A stretch of DNA of 63,049 nucleotides, filler included, from Olpidium bornovanus S191 (GCA_017911155.1; 27 parts of 27 records of this genome joined end to end with filler, not necessarily neighbours in it); one strand, 5' to 3'; shown: positions 49,526 through 62,040, numbered from the whole stretch's first letter. Made by a program: numbers and translations. Notes: generated from the sequence alone by a model not told the origin.

Positions 49526-50348
49526 GTAAGGGCAAGAGAAAGCGGTGAGTTCCAAACCCAAGTGATCAGGCGGCGCGAGGCGTTTTGCTGATTGCCCTGA
49601 AGAGAAAGTCCCAAGGTTTCCAGGCTCATCTTTTTTTTTGTTTTTTGGCTTCATGTCCCTCGGACGCTGCTCGATATTCAGGGAAGATGTCGACGAATAA
49701 TTCAGACGGAAGGAAAACACCCCTGCCCTTTTGGGGCATTCGACGCTTTTCCCGCGTTCCAGTCTTGCCATGGTGCGCCGCGAAAGACAACGAAGTCGCG
49801 TCGATTGGGCTTCGATGTCGCCGGCCAACTAGGTGCACGCGCCACATACCTCCTCCTTCCCCCCCCCCTCGCACCACCCCACCCCACCCCAACCCACCGC
49901 CCTCCAATTCCGAACATCCCGGGAAATTAGTCCCTCATCTTGGGAAAATAGAGATTATTCCCCCTCACCATTCGCGAGGGCAAACCCCCCTCGCTCGACC
50001 GACGGGAGCCGAAGTACATGACGCAAATTTTGAGATGCGGGCATGTGTGAAACATGTTCCAAAGGACGGTATTCACAACGCATATGGTACATGCAGGGAA
50101 GCGGACAAACTTGTCTGGCACACACCCGGTCGGTTTCTACGATACTCCCTTCCCCCCCTCCTTTTTTTTGTTTTGTAATTTACCTCCTGCGGCCTGACAG
50201 GAAAACGAATAGTGTCATGCTGTGTTGCCGTTCGCCGCATCGCCGTAATTGCGATGGCTACGGATACGCGCCCGTCGTCGTTGGCGCATTCTCACTTCAC
50301 CCGGCAGTTGATTCGAAGGGTCAGCCAGGTGGCATCTTCCTCGCGGAC

Positions 50349-51198
50349 TCACCAAGGATCCTGCTTCACGTCAATCCCCCTGTGCAGCACTTCTTCCGCC
50401 GGATGAAAGAGGATTCTCTGTTGGAAAGGTGTGGGGGGTGGGGCGGGGGAAGAGTTCTCGGACTAAAATCCCCGCGCCGACCCGTCCCGAGGCCTGTACG
50501 TATGTCCCCGCGCTGTCAGCCGGTCCTCTACCCACTCCGGGACCCGCCCGGAAACTTTGACCGCGTAGATCCCCCTGCGGTAGTTGTCTAGGTAAATATT
50601 TGTTTTTTTCGCAACGGCCCGGCGTCAGCATTTGAGTGGAAGTTCGACCAGTCGGGATCCGGCGGCGTAGTCCGCTTCTCGCAATTTATTTTTTCTTTTT
50701 TTTTCACCTATTCGCTGCCACTTCGCAACCCAACTGTCTTCGGGGTTCATCATCCCGATTAGCCTGTCCCGAGGTCGGGGGTGGAAAAAGAAAAACAGCG
50801 TAAGTATTTCCCGCGGGGAGGTGGGGGATAGCCGGTTTCCAAAGAAGCCGCGATCCGACCGTCCCCATTCCCCGTAATAGGAGCAGCACACGCGGCAAAC
50901 CACACTGCCCCCTTCCCCCCCCACCCCCCCTCAGCGTCCCCTCCGATGGAAGCCTCCGTTGCCGACGCGGCCGGAAGAGCATGAGGAGGGGGGGGGGAGG
51001 GGGAGGGGATGCAGTACATTTCGGTCTCTCTCGAAACGCACCCGTCGAAATTGGAGCTCGTGCACTCCAGCACCTTGTCCATGCTTCCGCGGATCGGCAT
51101 GATCTCTTCGCAGTTCGGGCACCCGTTCTTCTTGAACTGATGGGTGTTCTGGCGGCAGTGCCAGGCAGGGGGTTTGGAAAAACACAAATAAAGAGATT

Positions 51199-51231
<33 letters not shown>

Positions 51232-51557
51232 GATAGAGAGAGTGAGTTGGTGAGAGCGAAGGGAAAGTGAGAAAAAAAGGAACGGGAACGCAAACGTCGT
51301 TAAAGCGGACGGAGCGGTTTGATGCAAGATTTACTTGCAGACCAAACCCACTGTAATCGAGTAAGAAGCACAAATGCCCCGAGTAATGACATGCACCAGG
51401 TACAGGGTGCGTCGGGCGGCGGCCGCGGACGGTCGGGAACAACGCCACGGACGGAGGGAGCGGGGGCAGCGTCTTCCTCTCTCACCCTGACGAGGGAGCA
51501 AAGCAGGCAGGCCCTCAGCTGCTTCTTGTCCTCCGGCAGCACGCTGACGTCGTCCAT
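50349..51557 (-). CDS. SPT4: Transcription elongation factor Spt4 (multi-exon; last exon tentative)
   Basis: LRACLLCSLV, GCPNC, CTSSNFDG, MNPEDSWVAKWQRI and GIYAVKVSGRVP. Confidence 0.92.
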
Positions 51558-52797
51558 GGCGCGCCGTGGGGTGGTGGAGGAGGAGAAACGGGTGGTGAGA
51601 AAGGGAGGGGGGGGTGGCGGGGCGGGAGGAGGGGAGGAAAAAAAAACTCGGCGGCTGGCGCGTCGGGCGAAACAAGAGGGGAAACCACAGCGGCCCGAGC
51701 TGGAAAGCATCGGGCGCTGACGAGGATCCCTTTTGCCACCGGCCCCTCCAAGAAGCCAAAACTCGGAGGGACAAGGACGCAGACGCCCGCGACAACAAGC
51801 AGGTTCGGTGCGCCGCTCCTCCGTCGTTTCAAAGATGTCACTTCTGGCACTCTTCATTCAAAGGAAGAAAGCAGATGCTTCTGCGTTCCCGGGCCTCTGG
51901 GGTGGAATCGTCGTCCACTTCTGGACAGCTGACCGAGGTGAGCATTTGGCCGTGATTCTGTCACATCGGAAATTACGCGAAACCGATAGGTGTTGCTTGC
52001 TCACAAACGGCGACCAACAAGCAAAAGTCTATCCTGGAATGCACAGCCTGCGGTTGAAACGAACGTCGAAACTGCCTGACATTGAAGATTAATCTTACAA
52101 ACAATAATAAGGAATGTTTCTCGTGCCGGGCCACCTCGCCCCCCTCCACCACCACCTTCTCCCCGGTGTCGCGCGGCCGATGCCGCTAACCGTTAACCTG
52201 TCGACTGCCGTTGGTGCATCCGGGGGCGTTGCAGACGCAAGCGGGGAGGCGCGTGGTGTGTTAGGAACGGGTTTTGTGCCGTAATGTGGTGCGCGTGCCG
52301 AAAGAGGAAAGGATCGATCCCGTCTGCACGACGTTCTTGAAACTCGGCGCGGTCGACCGAGCGGAGGAGAGAGGGAAGGAAACCGAGGGGGCAGGAAACA
52401 GCGAGACCAAAACACGAACACGAGCAACCAAGCAACGTGGCCACGACGAACGATACAGACATATACAGAGCTACCGGGCAGGACCCTGTGCGGCGCGGGA
52501 GCGAGCATTTTTTTCTTTGGAACCGAAGGAAATACAGAACGGAGAAGGGGATGACGAGGAACTACAAGTAAGTCCCGTCAGTGGGGGCCGCACGGGGCGT
52601 GAGGGGGTGGGCAGGTCGTAATTTTTTTAGCGTTCGGCTGCACGCGGCGGGGGCGGGGATCAATGAGAGAAAAAAAAAACTGAGGAAGGGGGGGGGGNNN
52701 NNNNNNNNNNNNNNNNNNNNNNNNNNNNNNNNNNNNNNNNNTTAATTAATTAANNNNNNNNNNNNNNNNNNNNNNNNNNNNNNNNNNNNNNNNNNNN

Positions 52798-53300
52798 CAT
52801 GACTTGGCCGGTGCCCTCCGGCAATCTTGACAACTATCAGTCTTGGGGAACGGCGGAGGAGTCCGCTGGGAGCGGTACAAGGCCTAGTCGCGTGCGGAAA
52901 TGTTCGAATTCTGGGTGTCTGAGACCTTTTGTGAAACCATCTGCCAGATTGTCTTTGGATGTGACAGCGCGTAGCTCAATGATTTTGTCTGCGACGGCGT
53001 CGCGTATGCAGAGGTGCCTGATGTTGACGTGCTTCGATCTCTTGCTTAGTTTTTGGCGTTCTTGCGCAATCTCGAGTGCCCCGCGATTATCGATGCAGAG
53101 GGGAACGGGTTTTGTGTTGCCAGAGATGTCGGCGAACGGTTGACGGAGCCACGTGATTTCTTTGCTGGATTCTGTTGCCACCATGATTTCCGCCTCCGTG
53201 GTGGAATGTGCAATCACGGATTGTTTGCCACTGCGCCATGAGATTGCGTCGCCGCGATGCTGGATCACCCTGTCGATGTACGAGTCACGTGATCCGTAGT
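52798..53300 (-). mobile_element. Ty1/copia RNase H (3' end of pol)
   Basis: AISWRSGKQSVIAHSTTEAE, CIDNRGAL, RSKHVNIRH and NLADGFTK. Confidence 0.92.
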
Positions 53301-54190
53301 TTATCTTTACTTTTTGCTCTGCCGGCGCCACCAACAGACCTACCGAACCTCTTTCCAAAAAATAAAAGAACCATACCTTGTTCCTTAGGTTATGAGCCCA
53401 TCGGACGTGACCCCGTCCCCGTCCGAAGCGCCGTCACCCACCGCCGCGCCGCGCGCCGCCGCCGCCGCAGCCGCCGCCGCAACCGCCGCGTCACCTTCCT
53501 GCCGTCACCTTCCTCGGCGCCGCCATCTTCCTCCGACCGCGCCGTCACGCGCAGCAGCGAAAGAGGAACCGTCGCGCGCGCAGCAGTGGAAGGAAAAACC
53601 GTCCGCGCGCGCAGCAGCGGAAAGAAAAACCGTTCGCGCGCGCTGCAGCGGAAGGAAAACTGCCGCAGCCGAGCCCGCGAAACCGTTCGCGCGCGCTGCA
53701 GCGGAAGGAAAAACCGTCCGCGCGCGAAGCAGCGAAAGGAAAACCGCCACATTAACACGCGCCACCGCGGAACGGACGTGCGCGCAGCCGCTGAACGATA
53801 AGGAGGACCAGCTTTCCGGACCTCAGTTACCCCCTCTCGGAGAATGGCGCCGCAGACCTGACGTCCCGAACGTTTGAGGACCAAGAAAGATCAACAGCAC
53901 AACCTACAAGCAATCACCCAATTTCAACTTCAACGACCACGGAAACGACAGAATGACTTCAACAGCGGCTCCGACGAATGGATACCAGCAGCAACACCAC
54001 CACCAACACAACTTTTCCGGCAACGTACCTTGTCGACAACGATTTCCGTGTCACCCCTCGGTCCTCCCAGCGGAATCACAACCACAACATGGAGACAGAG
54101 GCAGAGAACGACCTGCGTGGACAGATCGAACTGCTGAACGAGCAGCACACCTTGGAGATTGCTGCTTTACGTTCTGACTTTGACACCATC
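53300..54190 (+). mobile_element. 5' end of a copia-like element: LTR-end-like segment, primer-binding site and gag leader
   Basis: GGTTATGAGCCC at 53388-53399 resembles the half-tRNA-Met-type copia PBS. It follows a segment containing AATAAA and precedes low-complexity and coiled-coil ORFs. Confidence 0.55.
53542..53743 (+). repeat. Six copies of a unit of about 30-31 bp (CCGTYCGCGCGCGCWGCAGCGGAAGGAAAAA)
   Basis: Units start at 53542, 53569, 53599, 53630, 53683 and 53714; the first is shorter (27 bp) and there is one 23-bp interruption. Confidence 0.9.
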
Positions 54191-54641
54191 TGGTCCGCGC
54201 AGGTTCGTCCCGTAGGTTAGCATGTGCGGAGATTCGCCAGTGACCGTATGCGGTGTTGCGTTGTGCGCGAACTTGAGGATCGGGATCGCAGCGAGCCAGT
54301 CGCCCTTGCGCCTGCCAAGGTGTATTCGGAGCATTGCTTTCACAACGCCTATGGCCCGTTCTGCTTGACCGTCCGTTTGTTGATGTCTGGCGGTTGATGG
54401 CATCTTGCTGAATGTGGAGCGGCTTGCACATTTCTGTCCAGAAGGTTGATGTCCAGATCTGCCCGCGATCCGTCACAATTGCTGGTGGCGGACAACGTGT
54501 TCAACAAATCGTGCCGCTGTCTTGGTCGCATCATCGTCTCTCCGGCAAGATATGATGCGCAGGAGCTTCGTGAGGCGGTCGACGACCAAGAGCAAGCTAT
54601 CGTAGCCGTCGCTAAGGTATGGCTGGGCAAAGGTATCCATG
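54190..54641 (-). mobile_element. Degenerate Ty3/gypsy integrase core
   Basis: LVVDRLTK, IVTDRG..WTSTFW, HQQTDGQAER and FAHNATPHTVTGESP, with frameshifts. Confidence 0.88.
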
Positions 54642-54979
54642 NNNNNNNNNNNNNNNNNNNNNNNNNNNNNNNNNNNNNNNNNNNNTTAATTAATTAANNN
54701 NNNNNNNNNNNNNNNNNNNNNNNNNNNNNNNNNNNNNNNNNGCCGCTGAAGTGTGTCTGGGAGGGGCCACTTCGATCAAAAAAAAAAAATGGTGGGGTTT
54801 GTAACGTTCCCCAAAGTTTTTTGAAAAGACAAAACCGCCGGCCGAAAGACATCGACCGCATGTTCTTTTACGATCTTTTTGGCATTATGGGGCGGGGGAG
54901 ATCTCGGCATTTTTCCCACCACCGCCTCCCCCCGCCCTCTTTTGTAGAATTAAGGGGCACTGAGTGCACTGGGCCGCCC

Positions 54980-57067
54980 TGCGTAGAGTTCTTAGTCACC
55001 GCCATTAATATAAAATAGGGCCAGAGGAAGCTTGTAAACAAACGCCTCGAATACAGTTTCTCTTTTTCGCCTTCTTCGGCTCGGCTCCAACAGCAGCCCA
55101 ACGGTATTGCCCTAGCTACGAACGAAGAGCTTTCCGTCGAACGGGATTGCCCTAACTACGAACGAAGAGCTTGCCGTCGAAGAAGTAAAAGAAGAGAAGA
55201 GGCTTCCGCCGTCTGTCGGCAACTGCGCGAAAAGTCCGCGCCCGCGCCTCCCGCCGCTCGTCGGCAACGAGAAAAAGGACCAGGAGCGCAAACCGCGACG
55301 CTCTTCCCGGTCCGCAGAACCGGGAGAGGAGAAGAGAAGGAACGACCGCGACTGCCCCGCCCGCTGCAACCGTGTGTTTGGCCCAACAGCCATGCCTGGT
55401 GAACTCTGGGGCACGCCGGAGGAAAGCAAAGCCCCCTTCTTCACCCCCAAATGCGGAAGGGGAACGTCCGGTGACGCCACCAAAACAGGCGCGCCAAGCC
55501 CTTTGAGAGAGTCAGCATTGTCCAACACGTCCAGAATGATGGGACTGACGGAAAAGCTGAGAAGAATGGTGGACTCTGTTCTGCTATGACGATAACAAGC
55601 AAAGGAGGAGAAGCGGCGCCGTGAGTGTGAAAATGCTGACGAGGAAATGGTTGCTTTACGAGACAGGGTGGCCTCCCTCCAAAAGGAAAAGGCCGCCATG
55701 GAAGACAAACTCGACCTCGAAAGCACGGTTGAGGAGTTGGTCAGCTCAGACCTGCACCCAGACGACGAAAACCCGACCCGTGCGGAAAACCGCAGCCCTT
55801 ACGTGGGGCCCGTTGAGCACCATGGGAACACTAATTTCAAACCCTCGGACCTCATCGTCAGAGCACGACTGGCCTCTGTCCCACAAATTGCGAGTCCAGG
55901 AGGGGCAGTGACCGTCACCGACTTATAGGAAAAAAAAATGGTGACAGCCATGGAAGCCGTGCGCTTCACCCCGACAGAAGCCCTGGCGCTAGCTACCAAT
56001 AAGCTAAAGGGACAAGCAAGCCTCCTTTGGAGAAGCCACTCTAAGGACTACCAGCGCGGCAACCATGGTCGTTGGACAAAATGGGAAGAGCTGCGGGACG
56101 CCCTCTACCAACAGTACCACCCGTGTGAACACCAACAAACGACCATGAAGAACCTGGCAAATTTATCCCAGGCTAAGTGCGATGGGGACCTTAATAAGTA
56201 CATCGAAACATTCAACTCACTGTATCTCCGGATCCCCATCCCAAGGGACGAACAATTCTGGGCGGTGAGGTTCCACTCGGGGCTAAGCGGTGACCGAAAA
56301 ATACGCGTCATGCTCATGACCCCCGAGTTGGATAATCTAAACAAAGTACAAGAGGCTGCCCGCCGCGACCTCTGTATAATCGGCGACGAGAATTAAAGGC
56401 CCATCCATGGGGTCGGTGCCGCCCGGGCGTCCTCGACGAGGAACATGAGCAAGGAGACCAAACCGAAGGTTATCTGCTATAACTGCGGCAAGCGCGGGCA
56501 CATCGCGAAAGAGTGTCGCGCTCCGAAAAAGCAAAGGGAACCCAGGACTCCTGACGCGCGAACCAAATCGGAGAATGTGGCACCAAAAGTCATCGTCGCC
56601 GCGGACGTGATACCCCCCCCCACGGCAAATGTCGCCTTCCATGCCAACGCTGCAAGTATAGAGCGGCCATGCGCTGCGATTGACAGCAGATGCACAAGGC
56701 ATATGATCACCCAATCCAGATGGTTCACGACATCACGGGGAAAGTCCCAGGCGGTTCGGACGGCTGGGAAAGACGAAAACCACAACGTGACAATGGAAGG
56801 AGACGTTTCCATGGTGCACAGCAAGACCGGGGCTGAATTTACGTTGAAGGACGTGCTGCACATGCCACAGGTCCGGATGTCCCTAATCACCGTCCCCGCT
56901 GCGACTTACAATGGATTAGACGTCCTTTTCACGGCAGACGGGAAGGCCATGATTATGAAGGGGACCAAGATACGGTACGACACCCTCATAACCACTGGGA
57001 CACGGGATGACGACACCCGTCTCTTCTACCTGGATGCAAGGCCAACCATGGCTAAATGGGAGGACAC
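54980..57067 (+). mobile_element. LTR-retrotransposon gag-protease: Ty3-like capsid, CCHC knuckle, copia-type protease (degenerate)
   Basis: LKGQASLLW..WEELRDAL..LSQ..YIETF..FHSGL; CYNCGKRGHIAKEC; IDSRCTRHM..LKDVLHMP..SLITV..G..V.F..LFYL. Confidence 0.82.
55106..55185 (+). repeat. 40-bp direct repeat x2 in the retroelement leader
   Basis: ATTGCCCTAGCTACGAACGAAGAGCTTTCCGTCGAA and ATTGCCCTAACTACGAACGAAGAGCTTGCCGTCGAA. Confidence 0.9.
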
Positions 57068-57376
57068 NNNNNNNNNNNNNNNNNNNNNNNNNNNNNNNNN
57101 NNNNNNNNNNNTTAATTAATTAANNNNNNNNNNNNNNNNNNNNNNNNNNNNNNNNNNNNNNNNNNNNATCCAGCGGGGGGGTTTTTTTTTTTTTTTGTTT
57201 TTCTCCCCCCCCCCCCCCCCCCCCCCACCACCCTCCCGTCGTCAGTACCTTTCGCCGAGAGTGAAGCGTCCCATTTCCGAGGCATTTTTCCGCGATGCTG
57301 ACCAAACCTCCTTTTGCCGTTTATTCCTTCCTCCTCCACCCACCACCTTACCCCTAAAATATTCTCCTGGACGCAG

Positions 57377-58223
57377 CTGGCTCGTCTGCAGATGCGGCCA
57401 AGTGATGCACGACGATTGCTTTGACGAACTTCGGCATCACGCTTATCCAGGCGAACCGTCTTGCCCGCTTTGCCACGGGGTCCTTGATGACAATTTCCTC
57501 CCGGTGCCGGAACTCCTCGTGAAGGCACTGAAGCTTTTTGAGGAAAAACGTTGGATGCCGGCCTCTACGGAAGAATTCGCCGAACCCTTCGATCTACCGG
57601 AAACCTTCGGCAAGTACATGACGGACCGCATGGAAGCGCAAGTGGATTTTGCGTTGCTTTCAATGCTGGAAGCTGCGCAATTGATACACGATTACGATCC
57701 GCTCCCCCGCGAGCTGGCTGGGAAACTTATCGCGGAAGCTACCGAATCACTCTTCCCGGAAGTCTTCCACCCCGAGGACTCCCCCGCCGATTCCAGCGAT
57801 GGGGCGGCCGCCAACTGGATCTCGCCCGCTGCCTTCTTGCACACCCAATTCCAAAAAGCCCTCCGCTGGCCCAAGCTGCCGGGGTTGGTCGTGGGACGGC
57901 CGACGGAGTGGTATGAACGCCTTGAGCGCCTGAGTATGCTGGTTGGAGAGGTCAGAAACATATTGCATAACTTTGCGGAAAAGCCCCAGGTTGAGAGGGA
58001 GACGACAGAGCAGGGGCCGTTCTCCATGTACACAGCGTACAAGAGTCACTTCGAGCAATTGAACAAATTCTTCAAGAATACCCAAGGTATAAACGCCATC
58101 TGGAGCTCGCTAATTTCGAGCACAAACGTCTATGCGCTAAGAAGATGGGCCGGTAGTTCCGCTGTTTCCGTGAGGAAGGACGTGGAAAAACTACGCAATA
58201 TCGAACTTCATTTACCATCATAA
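57377..58223 (+). CDS. Orphan protein with a RING-like zinc finger followed by a long helical region (5' truncated)
   Basis: CRCGQVMHDDC-x12-CPLC at the start of a long uninterrupted terminal exon. Confidence 0.6.
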
Positions 58224-58959
58224 TGAGTTTTATTACGACGTCTAATATACTATCTGATCCGGCTCTTCCGTTTGGTTTTGTTATGTTATGTCCGGCGGTC
58301 TCTCTGCGTTTTCTCTCTTGTTTGTGTGCGTGTCTCATCTCTCTCTCAGTCTGCTTTTTCCCTCTCTGCTCTCTCTGTCTCTTTCCCGCTGCGCGTGCGT
58401 GCGTTGTTGCGTGCTTGCAGCAAGTAGCACAGTGATGATGCGCGTGCGCGCGACTCTCTTCTTCCACCGCCCCCTTCCCCCTGCCCGTCGCCGCGGCTTT
58501 TTCTGCGCGGTTTGCGTTCTTTGGAGAGGAGAGAGGTTGGTGGCTGAGGATGTGTCTCGGCGGTGTCGGGCGGGGGAGGTGGGGGGCGTGCTCTGCGTGT
58601 GATTTTCGTTTTGCCCCAAGGTGACCTGCCTGTGAACTCCGTCGCCTTGGAAAGGAACCTTGGAACCCGCCGTCCGTCGGCAAGGGCGCCGCGAAGAAGA
58701 GGTAAAAAAGAAAAGTCGCTTCGCCGCCGTGCTGTGAAGGAGGAGTCTCGCCGTCCGTAACCGTCCGTCAGCGCCGGAACGGCAGAGTCAGCACGCCGTT
58801 CGTCGGCGTCGGCACAAAAGCAGCCTCACTCACCTCGCCGCTCGTCGGCGAGAAAGGAGCAATGAGCCCAAAACAACAACCTGCTCCCGGTCCGCAGAAC
58901 TATGAAGGAGGAGCGGTGCCCACAGTGATTGCTTTGGCGGTTCGCAGGGAAAAGGTTTG

Positions 58960-59720
58960 ACGGCGCAGTCGCGACATAATGAGACGACCCCACTCCCTGT
59001 CAACCACCAAGTACGACCTAGGCGAAATTGTCCATGTCGACCTGGTGGGACCGTTGCCCCTGTCTATTCACCAGAAGCGGTACGTGATTCCCTTCGTCGA
59101 AGGGGCAACGCGCCACGCATGGACATACTGCCTCGCAGCCAAACACGAAGCATGCGTTTGCCCTGCAGGAATACCTCCCGTTCGTCGAGAGGACGTTAGG
59201 CAAACGGATCAAGATCCACCGGTCCTACCAAGAAGGAGAATTCTCTGGGGAACGATATGCTGCAGAATTGAGCCAACGGTGCATCTGATGCAAAATGACC
59301 ATCAGAAGTACTTCCTGGGCAGAACGGAGTTGAGCAGGTCAATTGGACGATAGAAGACCACGCCCGCACCATCATGATCATATCGGGCTTCTTGCCCAAA
59401 CTACGGGACGGGGTATGGAAGTCAACGGTGCATCACGTCAATTGATTGCTGCATCGATACCTTGGAAGGAGGCCTGCCACATCTCGCGTTCTTCCAGCAC
59501 GGAGCCATCGACCTGGATCACCTATGCATTATTAGAAACATCGCCTACGCTCATGTGCCAAAGAACCTACGAGATCTTTGGAAAACTCGCACCCACGGCT
59601 CAAAGAACGATTATGGTCGGCTACTTAGGAACCAGCAAGGCATACCGCCTCTGGGACCCGACCTCCAATACAAACATCGAACGATGTAATGTCACAATTG
59701 ATGAATCCTAGGTGTACGAG
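58960..59720 (+). mobile_element. Degenerate Ty1/copia integrase
   Basis: IVHVDLVGPLP..KRYVIPFVE and IMVGYLGTSKAYRLWDP, with frameshifts and stops. Confidence 0.88.
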
Positions 59721-59984
59721 CCAACGAACAGTGCCAAAGGCGTCATAAATTCAGTAACTGTACATGAAGAATCCGAAGAGCCGGAAATCCTCTTTTATCA
59801 ATATGCCAAATGAGGCAAACTCGGTTTTAAGGTCAAATGTGGTGAACTCACGACCTGGGAAGATGCCACAGAGATAAAGGAATNNNNNNNNNNNNNNNNN
59901 NNNNNNNNNNNNNNNNNNNNNNNNNNNTTAATTAATTAANNNNNNNNNNNNNNNNNNNNNNNNNNNNNNNNNNNNNNNNNNNNC

Positions 59985-60953
59985 ATGCCGAACGGCTTGG
60001 CGGTGTCCCCGGACGGAAGCTTCTACGTCGTGGTCACGATCGCAGAGATATTCTTGGTTGTATCTGACGGCAAGATCATCTTCCGCAAGAAACCAGGATA
60101 CTGCCCAATTTCGGTTGCCATCAGTCCTGATGGCAAGACTGCGGCAGTTGGCGGAGAGGTGAATTGTACGCTGCGTTAGTGGTTCGGTGGTCTTTCGGAA
60201 GCGACCAGCCATGCTTACTTGCCTTTGTCGTTCACCAGGATAATAAAGTGCATCTGTACGCAATCTCCGAGATATCCCTCGACGAAAATGGCACACTCGA
60301 CAACGGGCGCGGTGCGGTAAACGCGCTAGCCTTCTCCCCGGACGGCTCACTGCTGGCTGCCGGCGACTCGGACAGGAAGGTGTTGTGCTACGAGGTTGCT
60401 TCCAAAACGGTGAGATTGGCGCATTTGTCGACGGAGAAGGTTTCCACTCCGTTTCCGAATATCCTGTAACGAACTGTTATAGAAAGGCCATGGTTTGGTT
60501 GCTTACCGCACGTTCTCTTCTTGTCCGTAGCTCAAGACTTCCTCCTGGTGTTTCCATACCGGTATCAACTTGACGGCTTCCAGCGCCGTTAGTGGGAAAG
60601 ACGATGCTAACCGCTAGTTCGTTTTCCACCGTCTTTCCCCTGTTCTTCGTCCATCCTGCAGCGAAGGTTACCTGTCTGGCATGGTCCGAGGACGGGAAAC
60701 ATGTGGCATCGGGCTCGCTGGACACGTACGTGTACATCTGGAGCGTCGAGAAGCCGATGAAGAACATCGCCATCAGAGGTACAGTACGCGGGTGAAAAAG
60801 ACGGCGTGTTTTGCGGTGATAATAACCAAAATTTCCACGCCAGGTGCCCATCTGGGAGAAGTAACCGGCGTTGCGTGGAGGGGCAATACGACCGTAGTCA
60901 GTGCCGGGGCGGACGCTTGCGTGAAGGTCTGGGATATCACGTTCCACCAGTGA
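59985..60953 (+). CDS. AIP1: Actin-interacting protein 1 / WDR1, 3' part (multi-exon)
   Basis: WD40 repeats: AISPDG..AVGGEDNKVHLY, WCFHTAKVTCLAWS, SGSLDTYVYIWSV, and AHLGEV..SAGADACVKVW. Confidence 0.88.
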
Positions 60954-62040
60954 TAGCGTGTGGCGGCATGTAGCCGCGTTGCGCCGCTGTGACGCGGCCC
61001 TTGTCCATTGATTTTTCGCCTAGTCTACGCGGCCGACTCCTCGTGCCGTGGCCTCGAAATTATTAATAAATCGCGCTGACATCGGGCCGAAGTTGTAGCA
61101 GCGTCCGGACCCCGCGGGGTACGGGAGATCGCATTGCCATGGTTTATCGTCGCATCTTATCGGCGTTGACCAGAGACGCAGCATTGCATAACGCTATCCC
61201 GTCAACGCAGAGGCGCGGCACGGCCTCGATCGTGCACCTCCCACCGTCGCGCTAACCCAACGAAAGTCCTCGCAGAAACGTTTGCCGCATGAAGGCAATG
61301 CCTTCCTGGCAGGTTGTCTCCATCGGACAACATGCGAATACTGCACTCACAGTTGTCGTGGTCTCCAAATCCGCGCGGGGTCTCCTCGGCAAGCTTCGTT
61401 GCGGCCAGTGAAAAACTCGAAACAAGCCCACCGCCTACGCCAACTCGGCGCCCGTTGGCAATTCCAACCAGCCGTTTCGATGGGCCGCTATCCCGACGCG
61501 GTGGGACGATGACGTACGCGAGCAGGTTTTGACGATGACTTTGAGCTCGAGCTTTTTCCTCAGAATTGTCGGACGTGTCGATCGTGACGCGGCCCTTCAG
61601 ACAGATGTCATATTTGTGGACGTGCTCTGAGGTTAGGTTAGGACTTATGGGCAACTCCGCGGTGCGTCACACCCTTAACGCTCTCGCAGCCTGTGGCGGC
61701 ACGATGACAGGTCGCGTGAGCATTAGGGTATGCGAAGGCACGCCGTGGTGATGTCACGTCACTCGGCGCAGAAACACCCGTGGAGCGATTGAACAGGGTA
61801 CATGNNNNNNNNNNNNNNNNNNNNNNNNNNNNNNNNNNNNNNNNNNNNTTAATTAATTAANNNNNNNNNNNNNNNNNNNNNNNNNNNNNNNNNNNNNNNN
61901 NNNNCCCTGCACGATGTATGTGCCCGTTCCGAACGCAACGGAACCCCGGCATGAGTTCCAAAGCGCTGCCTACGTACCCACTGCCGCAGAGGCAGGGGAT
62001 CAGGAACGTCGTAGTTCAAGGATGCAAAAAGCGGCGTAAG

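Noticed and set aside
53542-53743. CRISPR-like array
   Set aside because: The units are directly adjacent and degenerate, without unique spacers, and the context is a eukaryotic retroelement.
55920-55935. TAG where a conserved Trp is expected, as evidence of RIP
   Set aside because: A single CpA-to-TpA-type change; another TE stop (8658) looks like CGA to TGA, and the remnants are not AT-shifted.
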